Notes under the pieces: generated by a model | Database searches by the model: none | Seen by the model: the letters and a program-made list of their open reading frames with translations, nothing else | What the model was told of the DNA's origin: nothing | Part shown: piece by piece, positions 26,906 to 38,700 of the stretch | How the letters are laid out: each line of letters starts with the position of its first letter | How positions within the stretch are numbered: the stretch's first letter is position 1 | Origin: a virus | DNA: 64,000 nucleotides | Virus record (IMG/VR): IMGVR_UViG_3300021963_000051 | Location: 32,001 to 96,000 of that record | Direction: 5' to 3' (one strand) | Position numbers and translations under genes: made by a program

Positions 26906-27322
26906 ATGGCATTAATTCCATTAAATAAATTTGTTACGAAAACAGTCATTTTAAATACATCTAGTTTTTATTATAATTATTCTGGAGTGAGTACAACAAC
27001 TGTATATACCGCTCCAATTGGTGTAACTAGTATTGTATTGATGGCTCAAGTATCTAATATCAGTACAGGTACACAAGCAGTGAATTTTATTCATCACAGA
27101 AATAGACCAATTTTAGCAGACGCTCAAGGTAACGGTGCTCAACCTGCCAATGTAGATAGCTTTCTTGTTAAGAATTTTGAAATTCCTAGCGGTGATGCCG
27201 GTACTGTTTTGTCAGGTAAACTCGTAATTGAAAGTTTAGATAGTTTAAGAGCATTTGTCAGTTCTAACAACTCCAACACTGTACAACTTGTTCTAAGCGT
27301 TTTAGAAACAGCAAATAATTAA
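26906..27322 (+). CDS. Small virion-associated protein (fibre-cluster partner)
   Basis: 138 aa beta-rich, VYTAPIGVTSIVLMAQVSN...LVLSVLE; AAGGA RBS. Confidence 0.65.
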   Translation: MALIPLNKFVTKTVILNTSSFYYNYSGVSTTTVYTAPIGVTSIVLMAQVSNISTGTQAVNFIHHRNRPILADAQGNGAQPANVDSFLVKNFEIPSGDAGTVLSGKLVIESLDSLRAFVSSNNSNTVQLVLSVLETANN

Positions 27323-27332
27323 AGAGAAATTT

Positions 27333-29021
27333 ATGCCAAAACTTTTAAGTGGATCAGTTCTGAGAACAGGAGGTAGCGGAGACTTTATTGATCTAGCTAA
27401 TTCTCAACCTCAACTGCCGGCTACTGAAACAACTGCTACAGGGTTTACTGTAGCAACTGATGGACTTCTAAGAACAACGTATAGATCAGCGTTAGGTTTC
27501 GTAGAATTTAGAACTGCTACAATTTGGAGTGGGTTGCCTGAGGGTACCATTAGAATAAATGCTACTGGTACAGCATTCTTATCAACAACCACAAGCACCG
27601 GAAATCTTGTAGTCCAAGGGGGTATAGGCGTAGGCGGTAATATGAGAATCGCCCGAGATATTACTGTAAACGGACTAACAATAGGACAGGGAATAGAAGG
27701 AAAAAATAATATTATTTTTAGAGGTACAGCTTCGGCTCAAGCAACTGCCTTTGAAGATGGACAAGAGTCAATAGCAATAGGCTATGATACATTAACTGGA
27801 TTAATAACAAGTTATAAAAATATTGCCATAGGAAGATATGCTTTAAGTTCAGGCTCAAATATTTCTAATACCATAGCTATCGGTGACAGTGCTCTACGCC
27901 TTATGGGTACAAATAATTATCCATTTTTAGCTACTGTTACTAATGTTACTAGAGTAAATTCAAGTACAATTACTGCTGCTACAAATGCTAGTCCTATAGT
28001 AGTAACTGCTGCTAGCCATGGTTTAACTACAGGTAGTCAAATATTAATTTCTAATGCTGTAGGTATGACCACAGCTACCGGTAGTGTCAGCGTTTTAAAC
28101 AATACCAAGTATTGGGTTAATGTATTAGATCCTAATTCTTTAGCCTTATATACAAATAAGTCTTTAACAATAGCTTCTAACGGGACTTCAACAACTGTTT
28201 TTGGTGTTTTATATACTCTTACCAGTTATGTAGGAAGTGGAACTATAATTAGTCCCACTCTTGTTACCTACACAGGCACAACAATTAATACCGGAAGTGG
28301 AGTGTACATTGACGGTATAAATGGTACAGTACAATTAAATCAACGTAATTTTTATGTTGATTATATAAATTCTAACACAGTAAGTCTTTTTCAAAACAGT
28401 ATTCTTCTTACACCAATAGATGGTAGCGGTTACACTGCCTATACGTCTAGTGGTACAATTTATCGTTATATTACCAATGATGATAATATTGCCATAGGTA
28501 ACGATGCTGCTAAAATTTTAGTTAATGGTAATGACAATTTCTTTTTTGGAAATAATGTTGCTGTAAACTTGACCACTGGTTCTAATAATACCATAATAGG
28601 TCATAATGTAGCCAATAACTTAACTAATGTAAACGGTACTATCGCACTAGGCGGTGATAATCTTGTTGATAATAGAGATAATCAAGTTAATATAGGTAGT
28701 GTATTTTATTATGATGGTAGAGGAAATACAGATTTAAACACAGACGTCCGTGCTGGACTAGGAACAGATAGCACTGGAACCAACTCAGGAGCAATGGTAA
28801 TACTAGGTGGGCTAGGTGTAGCCGGTAAAGTTTTTAGTCAAGGTAGTGGGGTAGCCGGAGAAGATTATGAATTATATACCCCAACGATAACTATAACAAC
28901 AGGTACAGCACCTGCAAATCCTAGACTAGGTGATGTTTGGATCAACACTGGAATATTTGCCTATCTTCAATATATACAGGATGGTACAAGCACCATTTGG
29001 TTACAAATTGTTCAACTATAA
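27333..29021 (+). CDS. Tail-fibre-like protein
   Basis: Thr/Gly/Asn-rich; GGIGVGG repeats, NIAIG autotransporter-head-like repeats, ITAATNASPIVVTAASHGL module, C-terminal PANPRLGDVW motif. Confidence 0.7.
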   Translation: MPKLLSGSVLRTGGSGDFIDLANSQPQLPATETTATGFTVATDGLLRTTYRSALGFVEFRTATIWSGLPEGTIRINATGTAFLSTTTSTGNLVVQGGIGVGGNMRIARDITVNGLTIGQGIEGKNNIIFRGTASAQATAFEDGQESIAIGYDTLTGLITSYKNIAIGRYALSSGSNISNTIAIGDSALRLMGTNNYPFLATVTNVTRVNSSTITAATNASPIVVTAASHGLTTGSQILISNAVGMTTATGSVSVLNNTKYWVNVLDPNSLALYTNKSLTIASNGTSTTVFGVLYTLTSYVGSGTIISPTLVTYTGTTINTGSGVYIDGINGTVQLNQRNFYVDYINSNTVSLFQNSILLTPIDGSGYTAYTSSGTIYRYITNDDNIAIGNDAAKILVNGNDNFFFGNNVAVNLTTGSNNTIIGHNVANNLTNVNGTIALGGDNLVDNRDNQVNIGSVFYYDGRGNTDLNTDVRAGLGTDSTGTNSGAMVILGGLGVAGKVFSQGSGVAGEDYELYTPTITITTGTAPANPRLGDVWINTGIFAYLQYIQDGTSTIWLQIVQL

Positions 29022-29032
29022 TGAGATTATAA

Positions 29033-30070
29033 ATGGCACTATTTAATTTTCCCCCTAATCCTACTATAGGACAGACATATCAAGTAGGAAATAGAACTTA
29101 TGTATGGACTGGGTCAGCTTGGGTAATAGGCCCTAGTCCGACAAATTTTACTTCTGGTACTGGTGTAACATTGATTTTAACATCTACCACAAATGCTGTG
29201 GGTTTAAACACAGGTGGTACATTAACAGTTCTAGGTGGAGCTGCTATTTCAGGAGATTTATATCTCGGAGGTAGTTTAATAGGTATTAGTACAGGAACTG
29301 GTGGCGGAGCAGGAACTGTTAATGCAGGTACAGGAACGTTTACAAGAGTTTACATCAATGGAGGATTTCAATCCACAGGAACAAATAGCGGCGCATTACA
29401 AGTATTAGGAGGTGTGGGCATAAGTGGAAACCTTTGGATAGGCGGAATTTTATACTCTGCTGGTGCTCCGGTTTTAACAACTGCTAGCTTTAATGAAACT
29501 CTATTCGACGGTGTTGATATAGATATTACAGACATCGGGGGTGGAGTTTTGCAATTAAATAATATCTCAACTCTTCAATCTGTAACAGGCAGAGGTAATG
29601 CTACCAATAATGATGTAAGAATAACTGCTTCAACAATATCTACAGGTACAAACTCAGGTGCTTTAGTTGTCACAGGAGGTGTAGGAGTAGGTGGACGTAT
29701 CAATTCTGAAAGTCTTAAGATCGCTGATGCGGTTTATGATTCAACTGTCCAACTGGTAAATAGTACTGTCTTGACAGTAATAGATGAATTTAGTTTTAAC
29801 CAATTTAGATCTGCCAAGTATATGGTACAGGTCAGCGAAGGAAATTCTAGTACTCATAGATGTCAAATTACAGAATTATTAGCACTGGTCTCAAACACAG
29901 GTACAGTTATTTTAACAGAATATGCTACGATTAATACGGATGTAGATTTAGGTAATTTTGATGCATTGGTAACAGACACAGGAAGCGACATAGTTGTAAG
30001 ATTATATTTTTTAGCTACAGATAGTATTCCAAAAACAGTAAAAGTATTGAGGACTGCTATCGCCAAATAA
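29033..30070 (+). CDS. Fibre-like virion protein
   Basis: FPPNPTIGQTY N-terminus, three GAL.V.GG.G repeats, C-terminal FRSAKYMVQ...EYA domain. Confidence 0.7.
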   Translation: MALFNFPPNPTIGQTYQVGNRTYVWTGSAWVIGPSPTNFTSGTGVTLILTSTTNAVGLNTGGTLTVLGGAAISGDLYLGGSLIGISTGTGGGAGTVNAGTGTFTRVYINGGFQSTGTNSGALQVLGGVGISGNLWIGGILYSAGAPVLTTASFNETLFDGVDIDITDIGGGVLQLNNISTLQSVTGRGNATNNDVRITASTISTGTNSGALVVTGGVGVGGRINSESLKIADAVYDSTVQLVNSTVLTVIDEFSFNQFRSAKYMVQVSEGNSSTHRCQITELLALVSNTGTVILTEYATINTDVDLGNFDALVTDTGSDIVVRLYFLATDSIPKTVKVLRTAIAK

Positions 30071-30082
30071 AGGAAGTGGAGC

Positions 30083-32647
30083 ATGCCGATATTTTCGCAA
30101 AGTAGGGATTTCCTTACTAAAAATGGTATCATAACCGAAGGGACAGGTGAAGTAACTAGTTCAACAGGTAATACCAACGCAATTCAGTCAGCGGGCGGTA
30201 TTGCCGCAGCTAAAAATATCATAGTAGGCACCACGGCTACAATTTATGGTCCGTTAATAGTTAACAACTCAGCAACGCTAGGAAATACATTTGTAACATC
30301 TATCACAGCCACTAGTACTTCTGGATTCGTTGATTTATATGTAAGAGATATTACAGCTAGTGGAATTATTTTCGGAACCATTACAGGCAATATTAATACA
30401 GCTACTAATCTAGCGAATGGTTTAGCTGGACAACTTGTTTATCAAACCAACCCAGGTCAAACGGCCTTTGTTACTCGCGGTGCCACAGGCACTATTCTTA
30501 CCAGTAACTTTGCCGGTGCTCCCAGTTATAATGATTACCTAACATTGGCAAATGTTACAAATGCCAGTTCCACACTTACAGGAGCTTTACAGGTAAGAGG
30601 TGGGGCAGGGATTGGCCTTAATTTATATGTCGGTGGTGACTTATCTGTAAGCGGTGGTGACATAATTACAGATGCTACAACATTTAATCTTTTAAATGCC
30701 AATGCTACTACGATCAACTTCGGTGGTGCTGCTACCTCTTTAACAATTGGTAATACAACAGGTGAAACTACTGTTCGAAATAAATTTACAGTCAGTAATA
30801 TCACCAATGCTGCTTCTACAGTAACAGCAGCCCTGGTCGTTTCTGGTGGAGTTGGTATAGGTAGAGATCTTGTAGTAGGCGGAACCATATATGGAACTAT
30901 AAGCGGTATTATTACCACTGCCACATTTGCTCAAACTGCTCAAACTGCTACAAATATAGCAGGCGGTTCTGTAGGCAGCATACCTATCCAAACAGCAGCT
31001 GGGTTGACAGCACATATACCTTTAGGTGCTGTGGGATATGTTCTAACTGCCGCAGCCAGTACAGCTAGTTGGCAAAGTTTAGCAGGACTAAGTGCAGGCA
31101 GAGCCACCACATCAACTCATTTAGATCTAGGATCAGCTGGGCAAGTACCATTTCAAACTGGTGTGGGACTCACAGGCTTCACTGGGCCTGGTTTAGATGG
31201 AGAAATATTAGTTAGCAGAGGTGCTGTGGCTTCCGGTCCAGTATTTCAAAACACTCTTACACTAAACAGCACTATCGCAGCAAGTTCTACACAGACCGGT
31301 GCTTTACAGGTTAGAGGTGGTGTTGGCATAGCTCAAAATCTTTATGTAGGAGCTAATGCTAATATTGGCGGTACAGTTATTGTTAATAGTACAGCGTCTA
31401 GTACAGGCACAGGTAATAGTAATGCCCTGTATGTAGTAGGCGGTGCCTATATTGATAAAACATTAGTCGTAAAGGAGCAAGCAAGATTTGAAGGGGCTGT
31501 AGTTTTTGCCGGTACAGCCACATATGCCTATTCTACTGTTACAGTCTTTACAGATAATTTATTAAGTGTACACGCACCGTCAGGAACAACACCTCCTGAT
31601 CATACTTGGACACTAGACGATGGTAAAGACATTGGCCTATTGTTTCATTACTACAAAAGTGCCACAGATAAAGATGCCTTTTTAGGATTTAAGAACAGTT
31701 CCGGATTTTTAGAATGGTATGATAATGGTACAGAAAGTGGTGGTGTATTTACAGGTACTAGTTATGGTACTTTTAGAACAGGTGGAATACGACTTGTAGG
31801 CGGCAATGCCAATACAGAAAATACTACTTCTGGAGATCTACAGGTCCTGGGTGGAGTGGGTATTGGTGGTAAAATTTATGTAGGTAGTTCAGGAACATTC
31901 GCCGGTGATATATTACCCGCTTCTAATGGCACAGTAAACCTAGGTAGTCCAACAAGGCGATTTGGTACCTTATATGTTACAAGTTCTACATTAGATGTTG
32001 GTGGGTTAGTAATCGCCAGTGACGGAACTTATGTAACAATACCAGCTGTGAAAATTACAAATTCTACAGCGTCAGCTTCAACTTTAACAGGTGCATTTGT
32101 TGTAGTAGGTGGTGTTGGTATCGGTGGAGCTACAAACATAGGTGGTGTAGTTAAGGTTTTAGATACAACTAATGCCACAAGTACAACCACAGGTGCTTTA
32201 CAAGTTTCTGGCGGGGCTTCGATATCCAACAACCTATATGTGGCTGGTAATAATTATGTATCAGGTGCTTCTAGTCTAGGGACAACTGCTACAGGTGTAG
32301 TGGTTAGAGGATTTGTTAGCAATAATAGTGAATACGCTACATACACAAGTAATCCAATCACAACAACTGTACAGACAGTATTAGACACATTTAGTACCAG
32401 TTCGTTTAGAACCTGTAAGTATGTAATTCAAATGGTTGACGGCACTAGTACACATATACAAGAACTTCTAATGTTCCACAATGGTAGTCAAGTATTCAAG
32501 ACAGAATATGGACTTGTTGTAAATAATTCTGAATTAGGTACTTTTGATGCAGAAGTAACTACAGGCACAGTTCGACTGTTATTTACTGCCAATCCAACTC
32601 CTAGTAATCTTGTAGTTAAACTAATTAGATTAGCGATTACCGGATAA
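30083..32647 (+). CDS. Fibre-like virion protein
   Basis: About 8 TGALQVxGGxGIG repeats, 3 ATNLAGG..GQ..YQT repeats, C-terminal FRTCKYVIQ...EYG domain paralogous to the upstream gene. Confidence 0.7.
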   Translation: MPIFSQSRDFLTKNGIITEGTGEVTSSTGNTNAIQSAGGIAAAKNIIVGTTATIYGPLIVNNSATLGNTFVTSITATSTSGFVDLYVRDITASGIIFGTITGNINTATNLANGLAGQLVYQTNPGQTAFVTRGATGTILTSNFAGAPSYNDYLTLANVTNASSTLTGALQVRGGAGIGLNLYVGGDLSVSGGDIITDATTFNLLNANATTINFGGAATSLTIGNTTGETTVRNKFTVSNITNAASTVTAALVVSGGVGIGRDLVVGGTIYGTISGIITTATFAQTAQTATNIAGGSVGSIPIQTAAGLTAHIPLGAVGYVLTAAASTASWQSLAGLSAGRATTSTHLDLGSAGQVPFQTGVGLTGFTGPGLDGEILVSRGAVASGPVFQNTLTLNSTIAASSTQTGALQVRGGVGIAQNLYVGANANIGGTVIVNSTASSTGTGNSNALYVVGGAYIDKTLVVKEQARFEGAVVFAGTATYAYSTVTVFTDNLLSVHAPSGTTPPDHTWTLDDGKDIGLLFHYYKSATDKDAFLGFKNSSGFLEWYDNGTESGGVFTGTSYGTFRTGGIRLVGGNANTENTTSGDLQVLGGVGIGGKIYVGSSGTFAGDILPASNGTVNLGSPTRRFGTLYVTSSTLDVGGLVIASDGTYVTIPAVKITNSTASASTLTGAFVVVGGVGIGGATNIGGVVKVLDTTNATSTTTGALQVSGGASISNNLYVAGNNYVSGASSLGTTATGVVVRGFVSNNSEYATYTSNPITTTVQTVLDTFSTSSFRTCKYVIQMVDGTSTHIQELLMFHNGSQVFKTEYGLVVNNSELGTFDAEVTTGTVRLLFTANPTPSNLVVKLIRLAITG

Positions 32648-32712
32648 GTGGGAGAATAGTAAACGGATCAATGATCTAGTAATCAAAAACCAATTAGTGG
32701 AAAGGGAAACTA

Positions 32713-35676
32713 ATGGCAGTCGATAAAGATTTTAAAGTTAAAAATGGCCTTGTGGTAGTTACGACTGCTAGTTTGTTATCAGGAGTTGACTCGGCATCTA
32801 CTAGTACAGGCGCTCTTCAGGTAGTAGGTGGTGCAGGAATAGGAAAAAATCTTTATGTAGGTTCTGCAGTATATATTGCCGGAAGCACTGCTCTTACCGC
32901 TGCTAATTTTACCACATTCGTTAATCAGACCTATATTTTTGCCGGTACTGACACCGCTGTAAATACCAGTTCGGGTAATGTGACGATTTGGAGCACTTCA
33001 ACATTACAAAGTATTACCAATAGAGGTGCTACAACTAATAATGCTATAAGCATCACCAACGCTACAAGTTCAACAACAACAGCAACAGGAGCCTTGATTA
33101 TTACAGGTGGTCTTGGTGTTGGTAGAACTATAAATGCTTTGGAACACCATACTCCTACAGGACTAGCAAATAGACCAAGCTCAAATTATGATATAACCGG
33201 AAATTTAGGTCATTTTCAAAATGCTGTCAATATAGGTAGGGTAGGAGGAGGATCAATATCTTTTGGTGATGGCAATACACCTTCTATAATTCAAGGCTTT
33301 CCTGGTCTAGGGTTTATAAGAGCATATATTAACAATGATTCTACTAATAATCAACTATGGTATGGAAACAGTACAGGATTAGTTGTAGGTAATGGAACAA
33401 GTCCCGCGGCAAAATTAGATGTTGTTGGATCAGTAAGAATCAGCGGCATAACCACTATAACCAATACAACAGCAGCATCGTCCACTCAGACTGGTGCTCT
33501 ACAGGTCAGCGGTGGAGTTGGTATTGGTGGTAATACCTATGTAGGTGGCAATTTGAATGTAAGTGGTGAGATAGTCGCTACAAAATTAACAATAGAATTG
33601 ACCACTGTTACTACTACATTAGTAACAACTGATGACATTATTCAAACCGCTAATACAACTAATTCTACTGTGACAAATTTAGGTGCCCTTGTAGTAGCGG
33701 GCGGTGCGGGTATAGGAAAAAGACTAAGCGTAGGTGAAATTTTAAAGGTTTTTGATACCACTTCAGCTACCAGTAGTCTAACCGGTGCTCTTCAGATAGT
33801 AGGCGGTGCTGGTATTCAAGGCAGTTTATTCGTAGGCGGCAATCTCAATGTTGGTGGTACAATAACCGGTAGCATATCGGGATCATCTAATACTGCTACT
33901 AATCTTGCTGGTGGCGTGTCTGGACAACTATTATATCAAGTAAATGTAGGACAAACTGGATTTGTTGCCACAGGTACTGATGGTACAGTTCTTGTTTCTA
34001 AAGGGTCCAGCCAACCAGTATATCAAAATACTCTTACTCTTGCCAGTTCATTGGCATCAAGTTCGACTCAATCAGGAGCACTACAGGTCATAGGTGGAGT
34101 TGGTATAGGTGGAGACCTATTTGTATCAAGAGTGAGAATCACAGCGAATACCACAGCTTCATCTACTAACAGCGGCGATCTTGTTGTAACTGGTGGAGTG
34201 GGAATCGGTCGTGATACATTTATAGGCGGGGCACTTACTGTAGGAGGAACAAGCGGAGGTATAATTACCGGACTATCTGGACTTACAACTACCAACGCTG
34301 TAATTTCTGGAACAGCTACAGCGGTTTCGACTCAAAGCGGAGCACTTCAGGTAGTAGGTGGAGTAGGAATCGGGCGGGATTTATATGTTGGCGGAAATAT
34401 AACCATTGCGGGCGCTATTCAAGGAACTTTGATCGCCGATCAAATCAAGACTCAAAGCGTTTCAGCCGCTGCTACTTACTATCCGGCTTTCGTTGACAGC
34501 AACAATGCCACAGTATCGACTGAAACAGTCTATACCACTAGCACTTTCAATGTAAACCCAGCAAGCGCATTGGTCACTGTGGGTAATCTTTCAGCTACAA
34601 ATATAGCTACAATTTTGTCTACTCAAGCAGCCAGCTCAACAGCAACTGGTGCTTTACAGGTTAGGGGTGGAGCTGGTATCGGCGGTGAGCTTTATATAGG
34701 TAATAATTTATACCTTAATAAATCAATAGGGAATTCTATTGTTTTAATAAATTCTAACTCTGGTGGGAATCTAGGTAGTGAAGTTGTTTTTAAAAATGCT
34801 ACTACTTTTAGTTCCTTAGGAGATCAAGGAATACTCGGTAGTTTAATTATTGCAGATTCAACAGATACCAGCAGAGGATCTATAAGATTTTCAAAAAATG
34901 GCAACGGTATTGATATTGGATTATGGTCAAGCGGATTTGCTACAACATCTACAGCAAATTTATTAATAAGACCTACTCAATCTCAGTTTACAACAGAATT
35001 ATTAATAACAAGTACTTCAAGTTCTGTATCTACCCAAACCGGAGCTCTTCAGGTCGTTGGCGGTGTAGGGATTGGCGGTAAACTATTTGCTAGAGGATTG
35101 GTAAATTCAACTGGTACGCAAATTGTATATTACAATAGTTCTACTGGTGAGTTGAGCTTCGGTGCTAATTTTGCTTCCGGTGGTGGAGGAATAACCAGTC
35201 CCTACGCTGGTATTTTTACTATAACAAATACTTCAAATGCTACTTCTATTGCCTCAGGAGCACTACAAGTAGCAGGCGGTGTAGCTATTGGCCAAGATAT
35301 ATATCACAATGGAAGTGCTTACCTTTCACAAAACGTCTTCGGCGACGTGGTAAGATTCGGTAGCGGAATTAATGCAATTCTCTTTAATAATTCGAACCCG
35401 CCAAGTATTAGGCCTGGCGGCGCAGTGCCGTTTAATTTATATACAAGTAATCAAAACGGCGGACTAACAGTATTATCAACAGGTGAAGTATTATTAAATT
35501 CCGCATCTGCGGCAAGTTCTACCTCTACAGGTGCGCTAAGAGTAAATGGGGGCGCAGGTATACACGGCAACATTTATGCTTCTGGTAGAATTTATTCAGG
35601 TGGGTTTGAAGTATCAACCGCCACCGGTGCCGGTGTATCAGAAGCTTTGGTTATTGCCTACTCTGTAGTGTTATAA
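32713..35676 (+). CDS. Fibre-like virion protein
   Basis: About 12 S/T-rich TGALQVxGGxGIG repeats. N-terminus KDFKVKNGL resembles RDFLTKNGI of the previous gene. Confidence 0.7.
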   Translation: MAVDKDFKVKNGLVVVTTASLLSGVDSASTSTGALQVVGGAGIGKNLYVGSAVYIAGSTALTAANFTTFVNQTYIFAGTDTAVNTSSGNVTIWSTSTLQSITNRGATTNNAISITNATSSTTTATGALIITGGLGVGRTINALEHHTPTGLANRPSSNYDITGNLGHFQNAVNIGRVGGGSISFGDGNTPSIIQGFPGLGFIRAYINNDSTNNQLWYGNSTGLVVGNGTSPAAKLDVVGSVRISGITTITNTTAASSTQTGALQVSGGVGIGGNTYVGGNLNVSGEIVATKLTIELTTVTTTLVTTDDIIQTANTTNSTVTNLGALVVAGGAGIGKRLSVGEILKVFDTTSATSSLTGALQIVGGAGIQGSLFVGGNLNVGGTITGSISGSSNTATNLAGGVSGQLLYQVNVGQTGFVATGTDGTVLVSKGSSQPVYQNTLTLASSLASSSTQSGALQVIGGVGIGGDLFVSRVRITANTTASSTNSGDLVVTGGVGIGRDTFIGGALTVGGTSGGIITGLSGLTTTNAVISGTATAVSTQSGALQVVGGVGIGRDLYVGGNITIAGAIQGTLIADQIKTQSVSAAATYYPAFVDSNNATVSTETVYTTSTFNVNPASALVTVGNLSATNIATILSTQAASSTATGALQVRGGAGIGGELYIGNNLYLNKSIGNSIVLINSNSGGNLGSEVVFKNATTFSSLGDQGILGSLIIADSTDTSRGSIRFSKNGNGIDIGLWSSGFATTSTANLLIRPTQSQFTTELLITSTSSSVSTQTGALQVVGGVGIGGKLFARGLVNSTGTQIVYYNSSTGELSFGANFASGGGGITSPYAGIFTITNTSNATSIASGALQVAGGVAIGQDIYHNGSAYLSQNVFGDVVRFGSGINAILFNNSNPPSIRPGGAVPFNLYTSNQNGGLTVLSTGEVLLNSASAASSTSTGALRVNGGAGIHGNIYASGRIYSGGFEVSTATGAGVSEALVIAYSVVL

Positions 35677-35679
35677 ATA
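35672..35679 (+). promoter_or_regulatory. Late promoter TATAAATA
   Basis: Perfect consensus overlapping the upstream stop codon. Confidence 0.7.
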
Positions 35680-35701
35680 GATAATAACGGAATGTTCAAA
35701 T

Positions 35702-38700
35702 ATGGCAAAGAAACAGATTATTGATTATACATTTTTACCTGCATTTGCACCGAGTGCTAATGCCTATCCTAACGCCTACAATAGATTAGTCAATAATAAA
35801 AATTATATAACCAAAATGGCCAGTGCCTTTATTGCCAATCAAGTTGCTAACAATACTGCCCCATTTGTAAATTTTACCTATAACGCAGAAAAGTGTGAAC
35901 GAGATGTAGGTTATGTATTAGATGCCATAATAAATGATTTGAGATATGGTGGGGATGCAGATACCGTATTGGTAGGAAGTTTTTACTGGTTTGAAGGTAT
36001 TCCTCAGGTCGACGGTGATAGGCAACCAGAAGTTGTTACGCAAAATTATATAAGAGATTTAATCAACAATTATATTTTTACAGGGACAGCAGCAAGTCCG
36101 GCTTACCAAACAGTTGTACCGCAGAGCACAACTGGTTCGAATGCCGAGGCTGGTGCTAGTGGCAGAATAACAACTCTGTATGCTACTCTCACAAACATTA
36201 TTTCAACAGGTGTAGTACCAGCAGCTACAGCCAATCCTAATTACAAAGGCACTGTTGAAATATTAGGAAATATACCTATAAAAGAACTGCTGCTGATTAT
36301 TAATGTAACAAGAAACATTATTATCTATAACTTTGCAGACACCACTAAAGGTGGTCAATCCATCTATAACTTTAACACAAAACGCACAAGATATAGATTA
36401 GATTTTGATACTTCATCAATGATAGCCACTGACAAGCTGATCATTTATGTAGAGCGAGACAACGAAACAATTAAACCACATCCTACCTATCAAGATCCTG
36501 TTGAAAAGATGCGTGTATCAACACCGCAGGCATTGATGGATACCGACTTTGAGTATAGTCTACAAGGTACAAAGTGGGAAACTCTTACATTAATGAGCAA
36601 TGTGCCCAGTGTATATAGTAAAGCCAATGAGCCTTCTTTTACAGCGCAACAGATTAACTCAATACTTCCTGTTCCTGGTGGTGGTCCTGCTGCGGCAGTA
36701 AGTTATATAACATATGCTCCAAACGGGACCACAGGCCTTACTTTGTTACGAAACGGTGCTTACTACGCTGATGATTATAACGAACCATTAAATTTTCCTT
36801 GGACAGTACAATTCTTAGGTGATAATTATAGTTTAGCCTATTTCGGCAGTAATGGATATTTTACATTTGGATCAGGTTCTAATCAATATAGCGGCTATAA
36901 TCAATTTGCACCACCAAGGGGTATTGGTTACGCCCCTGCGGATAGAACACTTTGGCAATTTTGGTACGGACTTGTAAACTCCAATTTATTCATTGTTAAA
37001 ATCAGTGGAGGTAATTGTTGTAGCGGCCCGCAAGTGTATGATACCGAAATGCACTTTAACAGACTAACACCTAGTATAATTGATATTCATATGGTATATA
37101 AGAATACAGGTGATAGTGTAAGTCCTTGGGTTAAGACTGATAGTGCTTATCTTTTTCAAGGTGGCTTGGCTACTGGACAAGCCTGGCGTGTGGTCACGGG
37201 TGCAGGAACTTCTAGAGATGTAACATTAAATGTTAATACCACTCCCCCGACACCATTCTATGTAGGACAACCTATAATTTTTAAAGAGACCCAAAATTTA
37301 TATCTTGACGGATCATATCTAGTCAAAACAGTAGTGAGCAATACACAGGTTACTATAGGTACAGGTAAGGCTTTGACAGCAGGATTTGATTATAAATCAA
37401 ACTATACCACTGTGTATACGGGCGGATTTTTTACAGGTGCTGAGCTACCTCTTAATTTTGTTCAAACCATTTCAGGTACGCTTAATGCAGACATTTTCTT
37501 TAACAGTCCTCACGCACTATATCCTGGACAAACAATCTATGTAGTAGATAGTACTCAAAACAACGCAGATTGGGTAGGATCTTTCCAAATTTTTCAAGTT
37601 GTAAGCTCTACACAGGTAAGGTTTATCACCGCGAGATTAACTAATTGGCCATCAACAGCCACAGTAAGCGGTGCCAATACTAGAGTGTATGTTAGACCTA
37701 CAGGGGTTGCCAACCATAGGTTTGCCGATGGTGGAGTATCTATTAGTCCAGGTGGCTCTGCGCCTAATACACAGATAATTAGACAGACTAGAAAATATTT
37801 TAGATATCAATCTGGTAAAGGTATTCAATTTTCCACTGGCGTATTATTTTTACCAACCTATGATATTAATTCAGTAAGTGTGACGACCAATGTGTACAGT
37901 GTTTCTAATCCCTTTTATGATCTAAATATTTTATGCGATCAAGAGCATGGCTTCGCACAGCCTGATAGTTTTAGACAAGGTGCTTACATTTTATTATCCG
38001 GATTTACTGTAAGCACTGGCCCAAACTTCTATAATGGACTATATTATGTAAGTGGTATTGCCAGTGAACGACAATTTACAGTTAAAATAAATCCTGCAAT
38101 CACAGATTTGAATCCCGGTGGTATTGCTAAGGTCAGTGTTGTCAGCTGGTATGATTGTACTATTCGTGATGGATTGTTTGATGATCAAAATGGAATTTTC
38201 TTTGAGCACGACGGACAACAATTAGCCGTCGTCAAAAGAGCAAGTACTCAGCAGCTAACTGGCACAGTAAATGTAACAAATAACAGTTCTACAATTACAG
38301 GAAACGGTACTAAATTTCTAACTCAACTGAGTGTAGGCAATTACATAGTAATAAAAGGAATGAGTTATTTGATTACCAGCAAACCTTCAAATACATCTGC
38401 TACGATTGCCCCTGATTTTAGAGGAATAACTGAGTCAAATTTAAGAATATTAAAAACCATAGATGATAGAACACTTCAATCTAACTTCAATTTAGATCGT
38501 ATGGATGGAACAGGTCCTAGTGGTTATGTTTTTGATAAAAATAAAATGCAGATGGTGTTTATAGATTATAGTTGGTACGGAGCCGGTAAGATTCGTTGGG
38601 GTATGAGGGGACTAGATGGTAGTATCCTATACTGTCACGAAGCTCCTCAAAATAATAGAAATACAGAAGCATACATGCGTTCAGGTAATTTACCTGGACG

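Noticed and set aside
27333-35676. Diversity-generating retroelement acting on the fibre genes
   Set aside because: There is no reverse transcriptase in the window, and the repeats differ at all synonymous positions rather than only at adenines.
36179-36188. Exact match to the first N10 core (TATGCTACTC) inside the 1291-aa gene
   Set aside because: A single 10-mer match in 128 kb of AT-rich double-strand sequence is plausible by chance, and I saw no neighbouring match to the second core.
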